From assembly GCA_965221905.1 (NCBI GenBank), contig OZ244922.1, positions 448,001-512,000 on the forward strand: a stretch of 64,000 nt of DNA, given 5' to 3'. How positions within the stretch are numbered: the stretch's first letter is position 1; every line of letters starts with the position of its first letter. The DNA comes from Chloroflexota bacterium (GTDB lineage Bacteria; Chloroflexota; UBA11872; VXOZ01). The notes beneath the pieces were generated by a model. The model had not been told where the DNA came from. It was given only the letters and a program-made list of their open reading frames with translations, and did no database searches. Both the position numbers and the translations under genes were made by a program. Shown piece by piece: positions 31,837 through 41,276 of this stretch.

Positions 31837-32628
31837 ATGATGGCGCTGGACGGAACCGTTGCCTTAGTTACCGGCGCTTCCAAGGGGATCGGTCAAGCAA
31901 TCGCAATCGCGCTTGCAACCGCTGGAGCAGACGTGGGTGTCAACTACCACACCGACCGGGCGGGCGCGGAGGCCACCTGCGCGAAGATCGAGACGGCGGG
32001 ACACAGAGCGTTGCCGCTCCACGCCGACGTGAGCGACCGGGCCGCCGTGGAAGGCATGGTCCAGGAATTGCAGGCACACTTCGGCAGACTGGATATTCTG
32101 GTCAACAACGCCGCCGTCGGCATCGGCCACCAGGGATCCTTCGCCGACTATCCCCTCGAAGCTTGGCGACGGGTCTTTGCGGTGAATCTGGATGGCGTCG
32201 TACACTGCACACAGGCAGCCTTGAAGATCATGCTTGTGCAGCAGCCGGAAGGCCGTATGCAGCAGATGGGAGGCCGCATCGTAAACATAAGCTCATCACA
32301 CAGCTTGGTTTTTCAGCGCCGCACGACCGCCTACACCGTGGCGAAAGGCGCAGTCAATACGTTGACGCAAGCGCTGGCGGTTGAGTTCGGCCCGCAAGGG
32401 ATCACGGTAAATTGCATTGCCGCGGGCGCGGTCTCAACACCGGGGTGGCCTGCCTCGCCGCAGGGCGAGGAGGCGTGGATTCGCCGCGCGCCCCGCGCGC
32501 GCATGGGACTGGCGGCGGATATTGCCGATGCCGTCGTATTCCTCGCCTCGCCGCAGGCTGACTACATTACCGGACAGATTCTCTGCGTGGACGGCGGCTA
32601 CGTGCACAGCGTGACACCCATGCCATGA
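31837..32628 (+). CDS. SDR family oxidoreductase
   Basis: TGASKGIG, NNAA, NISS, YTVAK, VDGG. Confidence 0.93.
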   Translation: MMALDGTVALVTGASKGIGQAIAIALATAGADVGVNYHTDRAGAEATCAKIETAGHRALPLHADVSDRAAVEGMVQELQAHFGRLDILVNNAAVGIGHQGSFADYPLEAWRRVFAVNLDGVVHCTQAALKIMLVQQPEGRMQQMGGRIVNISSSHSLVFQRRTTAYTVAKGAVNTLTQALAVEFGPQGITVNCIAAGAVSTPGWPASPQGEEAWIRRAPRARMGLAADIADAVVFLASPQADYITGQILCVDGGYVHSVTPMP

Positions 32629-32650
32629 TCGGAATCCTAAGGATAGCGCC

Positions 32651-33733
32651 ATGACCCCTGCACCTGAGCCGCTTGACTACTTGCCCCATCTCCCGCCCAA
32701 GCGCGATTACGGAATCGGCGTGGTAGGAGCGGGCAGCATCGCGCGCGCCGGACACCTGCCAGCGTACCGCAGTGCCGGTTTTAATGTAGTGGGTATCCAT
32801 GATGAGGATGCGGCCAAGGCGGAAGCGCTGGCGTCTGACTTCAATACGACGGCCTTTCCTTCCCTGGAAGCGCTCTTGGAGTCACCGGATGTAACCGTAG
32901 TGGATATTGCTACGCCGACCGTCAGCCATCCGCCGCTCGTGCAGGCAGCGATTGCCGCCGGTAAGCACGTCCTCTGCCAAAAGCCCCTTACCTATGATAT
33001 TGCTAAGGCGGAAGACATGGTGCGCGCCGCCGCTAGTGCGGACGTGCGCTTGGCGGTGAACCAGAACGGACGCTGGGATCAGGCTTTCCGGTCCGTCTAC
33101 GCCCTCAAGCAGCGGGGCGACCTTGGCGACCTAACCTACTTACAGATCGATCGCGTCGGTCCTTTGCGCTGGGAGTTGTGGCCGTGGCTGTGGAATCGCC
33201 CGCGTGTGCTGATCGTCGAAGACGCCATTCACTTCCTGGACGTCACGCGCTTCATCCTGGGCGAGCCGGAGTGGATTTTCGCTGCCGGTTTTCATGCAGG
33301 CGACGAGCGCATCAAAGGCGAGACCTCGGCAGTGATTACGCTGGCTTGGCCCGGTGGCGCGCACGGCCTGCTGCTGAATCACGCCGGTATCTGGGACGAC
33401 GATACCCACGCTACCTATCGCTTCGAAGGGACGGCTGGCGTCGCTAAGGGGACGCTAGGGGTTTTCTACAATTTCCCCTATGGCCGTGAGGACACGCTCT
33501 CCTACCGCAGCGAGCGGTACGGTGATGCGTGGATCGAACCGGAGTTGCAGGGCAAGTGGATACCGGACGCGATGGTGGGCCCAATGGCCGAGCTTTTCGC
33601 AGCTATTCAAGAAGACCGTGAGCCGATGAATAGCGGCGCCGACAATCTGCGCACGCTCTATCTCGTAGAAGCGGCGTATGAGTCGATTGCAGAGGGACGG
33701 GCGATTTGCCCGCGCACGCCGCCGACACCGTAG
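32651..33733 (+). CDS. Gfo/Idh/MocA family oxidoreductase
   Basis: VGAGSIA, HVLCQKP, NQNGR, IHFLD. Confidence 0.92.
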   Translation: MTPAPEPLDYLPHLPPKRDYGIGVVGAGSIARAGHLPAYRSAGFNVVGIHDEDAAKAEALASDFNTTAFPSLEALLESPDVTVVDIATPTVSHPPLVQAAIAAGKHVLCQKPLTYDIAKAEDMVRAAASADVRLAVNQNGRWDQAFRSVYALKQRGDLGDLTYLQIDRVGPLRWELWPWLWNRPRVLIVEDAIHFLDVTRFILGEPEWIFAAGFHAGDERIKGETSAVITLAWPGGAHGLLLNHAGIWDDDTHATYRFEGTAGVAKGTLGVFYNFPYGREDTLSYRSERYGDAWIEPELQGKWIPDAMVGPMAELFAAIQEDREPMNSGADNLRTLYLVEAAYESIAEGRAICPRTPPTP

Positions 33734-33813
33734 TTGCCGCGGATTAGTCGATCCCATGAGAGCGAGGGAATTGAACGAGTGGGAAGGGCGATTAGGGCCA
33801 ACTGGAGAGAAGA

Positions 33814-33891
33814 TGGATTCCCGCTTGCGCGGGAATGACGGATTGACAAGCCCACTTCTTAGTAGCGCGGGGGCTTGTCCCCCGCTCTTGG
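33814..33891. repeat. Family B REP (33814-33840) plus GTAG-type family D REP (33862-33891)
   Basis: GTAGCGCGGGGGCTTGTCCCCCGCTCTTGG is identical in inverse orientation at 37182-37211; related copy at 61012-61036. Confidence 0.88.
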
Positions 33892-33931
33892 GTGCATCTT
33901 TCAATCAACGCAATATACATGGAGATAAGAA

Positions 33932-34921
33932 ATGCAACTGCGCTTTGCCGCTATTGGCATTCATATACATGGTCCTGGGTCAATTCAGGAGATCCTGGCC
34001 GCGGGAGACACGGAGCTTGTCGGCATCGCCGAGAGCGACCCGGCGCGTCGGGACGAAGTTTCCCAACAGTACAGCGTGCCGATTTACGCCGACCATGTGG
34101 AGATGCTGGACGCGCTGCGGCCGGACCTCGCCACGATCTGCAATGCGCACCACGAAAAGGCGGAAGCGATTTTGTCCTGCCTGGAACGGAATGTTCACGT
34201 GCTGGTGGACAAGCCGATGGTCATCGAGCTTGAGGACTTGGCGCGCGTTGAGGAAGCCTTAAAGTCGAGCACGTCCGAATTGCAGATGATGGTTACCGAG
34301 CGGTTCGCCCCCCCGTTTGTGCGTCTTAAGGAGTTGGTAGAATCGGGCTTCCTTGGCGAGATTGCCGGGTGCGTCGCCACCCGGCCGCATGAGTTTGCCT
34401 TGGCAGAGCGCGAGCCCTGGATGGTGGAGGAAAGCAAAGAAGGCGGGCCAATCCTCGACCTTATGATTCATGACATCGATCTGATGCGCTGGTATTCCGG
34501 CGCTTCAGTGCAATCGGTGACCGCCCATCACGCGCAGCGCCGCTGGAAAGAATATCCGGGCTTCAACGACGTAGCGCACGCCATGTTCGCCATGGATTCC
34601 GGCATTGTCGCCTCAATGGAGGCGGACTGGCTGACGCCCCGCACTACCCCCTGGGACTGCCGCTTCTTCCTCACGGGCACCGAGGGCGCCGCCGAAGTGC
34701 GCAGCCTGCACTTCAGCGACCTGCTCTACTGGCGTCACGAGGAACCGCGCGTGCACGTACAGTTTGGACGAAATCGCCCGGATTCGAGCGGCCAAGACCT
34801 CGTGCGCCGCATCCGCGGCCAATCACCAGTTATCGCAACCGCGCAGGACGCAATCGACTCCACCCGCGCGGTGCTCATCGCCAGAGAAGCCGCGCGCAGA
34901 GGGCGGACGCTTTCGCTCTAG
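33932..34921 (+). CDS. Gfo/Idh/MocA family oxidoreductase
   Basis: HVLVDKP, GGPILDLMIHDID, GTEG. Confidence 0.9.
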   Translation: MQLRFAAIGIHIHGPGSIQEILAAGDTELVGIAESDPARRDEVSQQYSVPIYADHVEMLDALRPDLATICNAHHEKAEAILSCLERNVHVLVDKPMVIELEDLARVEEALKSSTSELQMMVTERFAPPFVRLKELVESGFLGEIAGCVATRPHEFALAEREPWMVEESKEGGPILDLMIHDIDLMRWYSGASVQSVTAHHAQRRWKEYPGFNDVAHAMFAMDSGIVASMEADWLTPRTTPWDCRFFLTGTEGAAEVRSLHFSDLLYWRHEEPRVHVQFGRNRPDSSGQDLVRRIRGQSPVIATAQDAIDSTRAVLIAREAARRGRTLSL

Positions 34922-35264
34922 GTGCGGAAAGGCATCGATGAGAGGGCAGTTCGTATGCTGCTATGGAGATCCTGCGCCGGGCAGCAATCGAATTACGCAC
35001 GGGTTTTCTTCGATTCCTGACCGGGCAGAAGTTGGCACTACGATTGGCAGCCGGACCCCAACGATCATTCCGGCGCAGGCCGAAGTCTAGTTCCGGCAAT
35101 GTGCGGAGACTACGGATAGCGCGTTGGTGTTTCCTGTACGCAAGACTTGAATTGTGCGCAGGTTGCAAACCTGCGCTACTGGAGTGAGAGCTGCCAAAAT
35201 AGCTCGGCGATGCCTGCATGACGAGATAGGGTCGGCAGTTCAACCGCCCGTATTTTGCTAGCCG

Positions 35265-35621
35265 TTATTCCTGGGCCCGACCGGGCCCCGCGCCGTCCTC
35301 CCCATCTCTCTGCTTGAAGCGGCCGCGGGAGCGCGGAAACTCACCTACCTTGGGTCGCGGTTCGCCCGGCACCCAGTGGCAACTTAGCGAGATGGTTATC
35401 ACCGCGTCCGGCCCCCAGGCGTCGAAGACCGGCTCCAGGCTGCTCATATCGAACGAGATGTCGCATGAAGGGCACAGATGCAGCAATTTGGGGTTGTTAC
35501 TGCGGTAGTCCGCCACCGTCTGCGTGTAGATGTGGGACTTTTCGGAAGGAGGAGGCAGACGCACAGGCTTGCCCTGGAACTCATCAGGAATGCGTTCCAC
35601 GATGATCTCATGCCTAGGCAT
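35265..35621 (-). CDS. Hypothetical CxxC protein (paralogue 2)
   Basis: ATG overlaps the stop of the upstream paralogue; GKPVRL, CPSC, WGPDAVITISLS. Confidence 0.6.
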   Translation of the reverse strand: MPRHEIIVERIPDEFQGKPVRLPPPSEKSHIYTQTVADYRSNNPKLLHLCPSCDISFDMSSLEPVFDAWGPDAVITISLSCHWVPGEPRPKVGEFPRSRGRFKQRDGEDGAGPGRAQE

Positions 35622-36099
35622 CTTCAAACTCCTCGGCGGCGCGGAATACGCCGGTGGGATTCCAGATTTCACGGTACACGCGCTCCGGCGAGCGTGCGTC
35701 GCGAAACACGATGCCGTAGAGCCACTCATAGCGTCCGTCGTCGTTGAGGACGTACTCCTCTCGTACACCATCGGAGTATAGTACCGGGCATTGCCCCAGT
35801 GTTTGGCCCTCTCCGAAAGGCGGTGAGTCCTGGGCATAGAGATTATCCGGAAAGTAGTCGTGCGAGAGCGCAAATGTCATGACCGTCTCCGGCCCCCACC
35901 TCTCCTCGGTTATTTCAAAGCTGCGCTGATAGTCCAGTACTTCACCGCAACTCCCGCAATTGAGTTTCCCTGAAGGATATGCCCGGCGCAGCGCAGCCAC
36001 CGTGTATGCGGGGATGTGGAGATGCACCGGCTTTCCGTCATGTTCAGCGACAGCGAGGCCCGTGACAGTTCGATGTATTACCGGTCGTTGTCTTGGCAT
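35614..36099 (-). CDS. Hypothetical CxxC protein (paralogue 1)
   Basis: MPRQ.., GKPVHL, CGSC, WGPETVMTFALS; the start could be 36144. Confidence 0.6.
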   Translation of the reverse strand: MPRQRPVIHRTVTGLAVAEHDGKPVHLHIPAYTVAALRRAYPSGKLNCGSCGEVLDYQRSFEITEERWGPETVMTFALSHDYFPDNLYAQDSPPFGEGQTLGQCPVLYSDGVREEYVLNDDGRYEWLYGIVFRDARSPERVYREIWNPTGVFRAAEEFEDA

Positions 36100-36443
36100 G
36101 TTGCATTCTGCATCGAGGCGACGCCACAGACTAGGGTCTTTCAATTGTTAATGTAAGCCATCTCTTATTAGAGTCAATAGGCAGGAACACTTAAAGTCGT
36201 TTTCTGACAGTCGGCGCACTGATAGTGTTCTGGCCGCTGCCGGGCCGATGCGACGGTCTTTCATGACTTTACGTGGTGTGCCAGCTCGTCCTTGCCTGCA
36301 TCTTCACACGAATGAATGTCAGTCTTGGAACGACCGGACAGTTGAGTTCAAGGAAAGGCTACTCAGGCCACGTTAGGAATCTCGGCAAGTTATGATAATC
36401 AAGAGACTCCGCACCTATTTTACTTGGAAAGGAACACTGCAAA

Positions 36444-37115
36444 ATGCCGGCCTCTTCAACGCAAGACTCTTACCTCGAGCGCCTTAAGCACGTCTATGTG
36501 GCCGTGATTTCGGACGCGCTCGACGCGCTCGACTTGCGACACCAGGTGATGGCGGCGCGCGTACGGCCGCTCTATGCTGAGGCGCGGATCGTGGGCCGCG
36601 CTCATCCCATCCACTTCCGACCGGCCGAGCGGATTCCCTCGCAGGAGGAATACCACTACATGGAGATCGAGGCCATGGATAGCTTGCTGCCGGGTGAGGT
36701 GTATTTAGGTGCGCTTGGTGACGCGCCGTCGTGCGCGCTGTGGGGCGAGCTCTTTTCCACGTGCGCCCAGGCACGCGGCGCGACTGGCGCGGTGATCGAC
36801 GGCCCGGTACGGGATACCGACAAGATTATGGGGATGCCATATCCCGTTTTTGCCACGGCATTCTGTGCCGCCGATGCCGCCGGACGCGCCGAGGCTATCG
36901 CCCACAACGTGCCGATCATGTGCGGCGGCGTGCTGGTGCATCCCGGCGACTACATCCTGGCCGACTACGACGGCGTAGTGGTCATCCCCCAGCAGCACAT
37001 CGAGGCAGCTCTGCAACCTGCTGAGGAGAAAGTACAGGGGGAAAACACCGTACGCGCCGAACTTGCCGCAGGCGAACGCATGCGCGCCGTCTTCGAGCGC
37101 CACGGGATTCTATGA
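36444..37115 (+). CDS. RraA family / HMG aldolase-like protein
   Basis: SDALD, ALWGEL, GAVIDGPVRD, PGDYILADYDGVVVIP. Confidence 0.9.
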   Translation: MPASSTQDSYLERLKHVYVAVISDALDALDLRHQVMAARVRPLYAEARIVGRAHPIHFRPAERIPSQEEYHYMEIEAMDSLLPGEVYLGALGDAPSCALWGELFSTCAQARGATGAVIDGPVRDTDKIMGMPYPVFATAFCAADAAGRAEAIAHNVPIMCGGVLVHPGDYILADYDGVVVIPQQHIEAALQPAEEKVQGENTVRAELAAGERMRAVFERHGIL

Positions 37116-37288
37116 AGTGCGAGGCTACATGGCCAATCATCATGAGAATCCAGTTCGCGCCAGGTAGATTCAATTTAGACTCCAAGAGCGGGGGACAAGC
37201 CCCCGCGCTACCGGGGAATTTCCACATATAATCCTTGTAAAATCCGCGCGAAAGTCCCAAGATTCACCCTCACCCCAGCCCTCTCCCT

Positions 37289-37575
37289 TGTATAGACCGG
37301 GTACATGGGTTACACATGTTCGGGCACATAGGTTACACCATGAGACATAGAGTTTTTGTAGAAGAGAATGACCATGCCATGGAAGATTAATACAGTCAAT
37401 GTCGTTGTGCAAAAAGGTTGTGGCCCCGGCACAAGCAAACGGGTTGAACACGAGCGCATTGTGTCGTCTTGAACGTTTTCTTCTCGGACCAACCTATAAC
37501 ATCCATATATCTCAGGGAGCAAAATGTGTAACCCATGTCCCCGAACAACTGTTACCTATGTCCCCAGTCTGTACA
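37289..37575 (+). mobile_element. 287-bp non-autonomous IS481-family derivative (MITE)
   Basis: TGT..ACA ends; ~50-bp imperfect IRs with internal GGNCATRGGT(T)ACA repeats; 6-bp TSD CTCCCT (37283-37288 and 37576-37581); frameshifted transposase 5' remnant MPWK..MSLCKK..NTSALCR. Confidence 0.88.
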
Positions 37576-37674
37576 CTCCCTCGAGGAGAGGGAGTAATCC
37601 ACCGCTAGCCAGGCACGAATCGCTCAAGAGAAGGGGAAAATGCGCGGTCAATTCGTTGGGAGACCCTATAGACC

Positions 37675-38715
37675 CTAGAGCGGCAGGTCAATTGCCTGAC
37701 CGGTCTGCATGCTGCGGGTGACTGCCTCGGTGAACTCCATGTACTTCACACCGGACAAGGGCGTGGTGTGCGTGATCTTCTCCTGGCCGCGAATGGCATT
37801 GATGAACTCTTCCTCCACGCGCCAGCCGCCGGCTTCCTCTGCCGGGATGGGGATCTCTTGCAGACCGGCGTCGCCGCGCTTGCCGCGCTTGCCGCCGTAA
37901 AGCGTATCGGCAGCGACACGCAGGGTCCCCTCGCTTCCGAAGAGAAAGGCTTCAGGCGCGCCGGCTAGTCCGGTAACGCTGGAAACCTGCATGTGCAGTT
38001 GCGCGCCGCAGGCCATGTCGGCCACCACGTCAACGTGCTCGGGCACGCGCACGGCGCGCAGCGCACCGCTGTCATCCGTACGCATCGGCGTAAAGGTCTT
38101 TCCCATCGCCTGCACGCGTGTGGCCTCGCCCACCCAGCGCAAGAGCGCTTCGTACCAGATGCCCATGCTCATGATATTGAAGCCGCTCAGATCGAAGTCC
38201 TGCCGCCAGTGGAGGGGGGCGGCAGCATCCAGGAAGTCACCGCCTACGCGGACCTCAATGGCAAGCAGATCGCCAAGGTAGCCGCTGGCGATAAGGCGCT
38301 GCAGGGTAGCGTCCACCCGCAGTGTCATTGGAGACGGCACGATCTGCACCACGAGGTGCGGGTTAGCCTGAGCCGCGTCGTACATCTCCCAGGCTTCCGT
38401 GGCATTCATGGCCATCCGCGCTTCGCACAGCACGTGCTTCCCGGCTGCTAGCGCCGCGAGCGTTGCCTGGCAGTGAAGGTACGGCCAGGTGCCGATGACG
38501 ATGGCGTTGGTATCCGGCGCTTCGACGAGCTCGTTCCAATGCGCATACGTGGTCGGTATACCAAACTGCTCCGCCGCGCGGTCACTGGATTCCGCGCTGC
38601 GATTGCAGACGCTGACAATCTCTACACCATCGATCGCCTGCAAGCCCGGGATGTGGCGGTCGCGGGTATTCGCGCCCGCCCCGACAATACCGACACGAAT
38701 CGGTTCTGATCTCAT
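37675..38715 (-). CDS. Gfo/Idh/MocA family oxidoreductase
   Basis: VGIVGAG, GKHVLCEARMA. Confidence 0.92.
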   Translation of the reverse strand: MRSEPIRVGIVGAGANTRDRHIPGLQAIDGVEIVSVCNRSAESSDRAAEQFGIPTTYAHWNELVEAPDTNAIVIGTWPYLHCQATLAALAAGKHVLCEARMAMNATEAWEMYDAAQANPHLVVQIVPSPMTLRVDATLQRLIASGYLGDLLAIEVRVGGDFLDAAAPLHWRQDFDLSGFNIMSMGIWYEALLRWVGEATRVQAMGKTFTPMRTDDSGALRAVRVPEHVDVVADMACGAQLHMQVSSVTGLAGAPEAFLFGSEGTLRVAADTLYGGKRGKRGDAGLQEIPIPAEEAGGWRVEEEFINAIRGQEKITHTTPLSGVKYMEFTEAVTRSMQTGQAIDLPL

Positions 38716-38792
38716 CGTCTTTCGCCTCTTTGTATTGCACGTGTTTAGAACAGCGCCGCAACGCTTTAGCCCGTTCTTCGCGCTGGATTCCT

Positions 38793-39527
38793 TCAGCCTT
38801 CAATATCGCAACCGAGGAAGACTCGATTGCGCTGCTGGCAGGCTTCCAGCACGGAGAAGCTGCCCGCTGCCGGGTCTATCACCACATCACCCGGATTAGT
38901 GACCGCCGCCAGGAGCGCCCCTTGCAGCTCTACCGGCTTGCGGTGGGTCACTGCATCACGCGGCACCGTCTCATCCCACACGTCGGGGATATTGTGTATC
39001 TTCCATACCCCCTTGGCGCGGCGCGGCGTCTTTTGCAAGACAACCACATATTCGCTTTTTCGTCGGGTGCGGTAGCCCATGCCGATGCGGCCCTTATCCC
39101 AGGTAACGAGGTCTACCACCGCAAGTTTCGTATCCGCGAGCCAATGGGTAAAGCCCGTGCAAAGGTGGAATTTATCCATCCACAGGAACAAGTGGCCGCT
39201 CGGCATGAGGGCGCGGTCGATACCCTGGATGAACGAGGCGATTTTCTCGTCGTCCATCTGCATGAGCGAGGATCGTCCCTTGTTTCTGCTGCGCCCCTCG
39301 TTGCCGTAGGACATCTTGTCCAGCAAGCCGCGGTATTGCGGATCGAGAAAGGCTACCGGAACCTTAGCGGGTGGTAGGAGCGCGAGGAACTCCGATCCTT
39401 CCAGCTTCAACCGAGTGTTGAAGGCAAAGTCATCAGGAAGCTCCAGCGCGGGCATGATCAGGTTACGAACCGGAGAAAAGACTGAGTCCGCTACGGTTTC
39501 GGATTCATCTGCTGGTGTTTCGACCAT
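38793..39527 (-). CDS. Orphan N6/N4 DNA methyltransferase (beta-class motif order)
   Basis: FLDPQY (motif IV) precedes HRKP and DPAAGS (motif I), then GCDI; start uncertain. Confidence 0.85.
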   Translation of the reverse strand: MVETPADESETVADSVFSPVRNLIMPALELPDDFAFNTRLKLEGSEFLALLPPAKVPVAFLDPQYRGLLDKMSYGNEGRSRNKGRSSLMQMDDEKIASFIQGIDRALMPSGHLFLWMDKFHLCTGFTHWLADTKLAVVDLVTWDKGRIGMGYRTRRKSEYVVVLQKTPRRAKGVWKIHNIPDVWDETVPRDAVTHRKPVELQGALLAAVTNPGDVVIDPAAGSFSVLEACQQRNRVFLGCDIEG

Positions 39528-39755
39528 GGAGCGTTCCCTTACGCAGTCGGCGCCTTGCGCGTCCCAATTGTCCGGCGCTTGTCCGACCGCCGTTGAAACC
39601 GTCTGCAAAACGCGGAGGTTACCATCATTCTACGCTGCATGAATCTCCGCAACAACTCAAGCAAAAGGGCGTAACAGGACTTTGCGCAGTCTGCGCATGA
39701 GGTGCGAAGCGCCTAAGTCTCTTCCAGCCGGCCCGGGTGGCCGTACGTACTTCGG

Positions 39756-39781
39756 CCCTTCGTCAAGCTCAGCACGAACGG
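39756..39781 (+). repeat. Degenerate family A hairpin
   Basis: CCCTTCGTCAAGCTCAGCACGAACGG. Confidence 0.7.
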
Positions 39782-39807
39782 CTACTGATTCTCAAAACGT
39801 CGTCCGC

Positions 39808-41007
39808 TTAGCCGGAAACCGGAAACCAGACTGGGCTCGACCACGCCGTACGGCCGTCCTCCTGCACGGCGCGCACGTAGTAGTAGACCCAGTTCTCGCC
39901 GTTGCCGTTGCTGGCGCTTGGCGAAAGGCGGAGCAGCACGTCCAGCGGGTCGGAATCCTCGAAAACACCCTCGTGGTAGTAGTCGTCGGCATGAAATCGC
40001 TTAACGTCTACGCCGTTACGGACTAAGGTGACGCTCTGAATGCGCTCGCTGCCGGAGACGACATAAGAGACTGTGCGCGGGTTATCGTCGAGCGCAGGCC
40101 CTTCCGCGCCCATCGGCAGGCCGTTGGTCTCCGTCCAGAGCGCGATTTTGCGACCTGAAGCCGCAACGCAGCGCCGGGCGCGCAGCGCCTCGAAGATACC
40201 CTCCCGCGTGAATTCCGTGACATACAGTCCGCCGATACCCGTGCCCAGGGCGTTCATGCGGAATCGGCTTAGTCGGTTGAGGCGCTGGGAGTTCGTCACA
40301 TTTGGCTGCTGCGTGTTGAAGTAGTGACCTCCGGCATGACCGGTGTGGTTGTCCCCGCCGCCGATGACACCTACTCGGTTCGCCTTGGCGAGGCCGTCCT
40401 GCAGGAAGCTGCCGGTTGCGCTCGGCGACCAGTTTGGATCGCACTCGTGCGGGTTACCCTGGTACTCATAGTTGCCCCAGAGCGAGGTGATTTCCACCAC
40501 CGGCTCCCAGTCCGCGCTGTGCTGCGACCAATCGTATGGGGTAGCGTCGCGGGCGAGGTGGTGCGGGATACTGAGGGAGGCGTACGGCAGCTCCGCTAGC
40601 TGCTGCCAGAGTTGGGAAAGGTCTGTTACTTCCGAGCCGCTGCGCAGGATTGGCGGCTCGTCATGGTTGAATAATGTGTTGCGGTGGCCCCACTGCCGGT
40701 CTTTGGGCGCATTCCACTCATATGCGGGGATCGATACAAAACGGTCCGGTTCGTGGTATTGGCGGTTGGCATCCAGTATCTCCGCCCACTCGTCCTCCAC
40801 CAGCATCCTGCCGTTGCCCGACCACGTATGATCGGTCACCGCGCCGAAGTCCATCCCCGCCACGTCGCGGGCGTAGCGATAGCAGTCGGCGGGCGAGCCG
40901 TCGAAGCCATCGGGAAGCGTCTCCTCGCCCCAGTAACACGAGGAAAAGTACGAATGAATATGCAGGTCTCCCCAAACTAGGCGATAGTCTGCCGGTAGTC
41001 TTGCCAT
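39808..41007 (-). CDS. PHP-like metallohydrolase (DUF3604 / CehA-McbA-like)
   Basis: WGDLHIHS, TDH, YEW, GHRN, PHH, GGDNH, YYYVR..AWSSP. Confidence 0.82.
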   Translation of the reverse strand: MARLPADYRLVWGDLHIHSYFSSCYWGEETLPDGFDGSPADCYRYARDVAGMDFGAVTDHTWSGNGRMLVEDEWAEILDANRQYHEPDRFVSIPAYEWNAPKDRQWGHRNTLFNHDEPPILRSGSEVTDLSQLWQQLAELPYASLSIPHHLARDATPYDWSQHSADWEPVVEITSLWGNYEYQGNPHECDPNWSPSATGSFLQDGLAKANRVGVIGGGDNHTGHAGGHYFNTQQPNVTNSQRLNRLSRFRMNALGTGIGGLYVTEFTREGIFEALRARRCVAASGRKIALWTETNGLPMGAEGPALDDNPRTVSYVVSGSERIQSVTLVRNGVDVKRFHADDYYHEGVFEDSDPLDVLLRLSPSASNGNGENWVYYYVRAVQEDGRTAWSSPVWFPVSG

Positions 41008-41276
41008 AGATTTTTGCTCCCGTGCTACTCTCGCTATCTGCGAACTATTGTACGTCTTCTATCAGCAACATGCAGGAGCACAAATTCACAGAAAGCGGAG
41101 GCGTGTGGGTATGGTTTCACGAACGGGGCTGGAGTACACTATGGAGAATGAATAGTCGCACCCACGGCTCGAATTGGCGCAAGAGGAGCCGCAGCACTCA
41201 CTATTCCAGATAGGCACGACGTACGGAACAGAATCCGCACAACGCAGGATCTATCGAAAACGGAAGGAACACGGCA

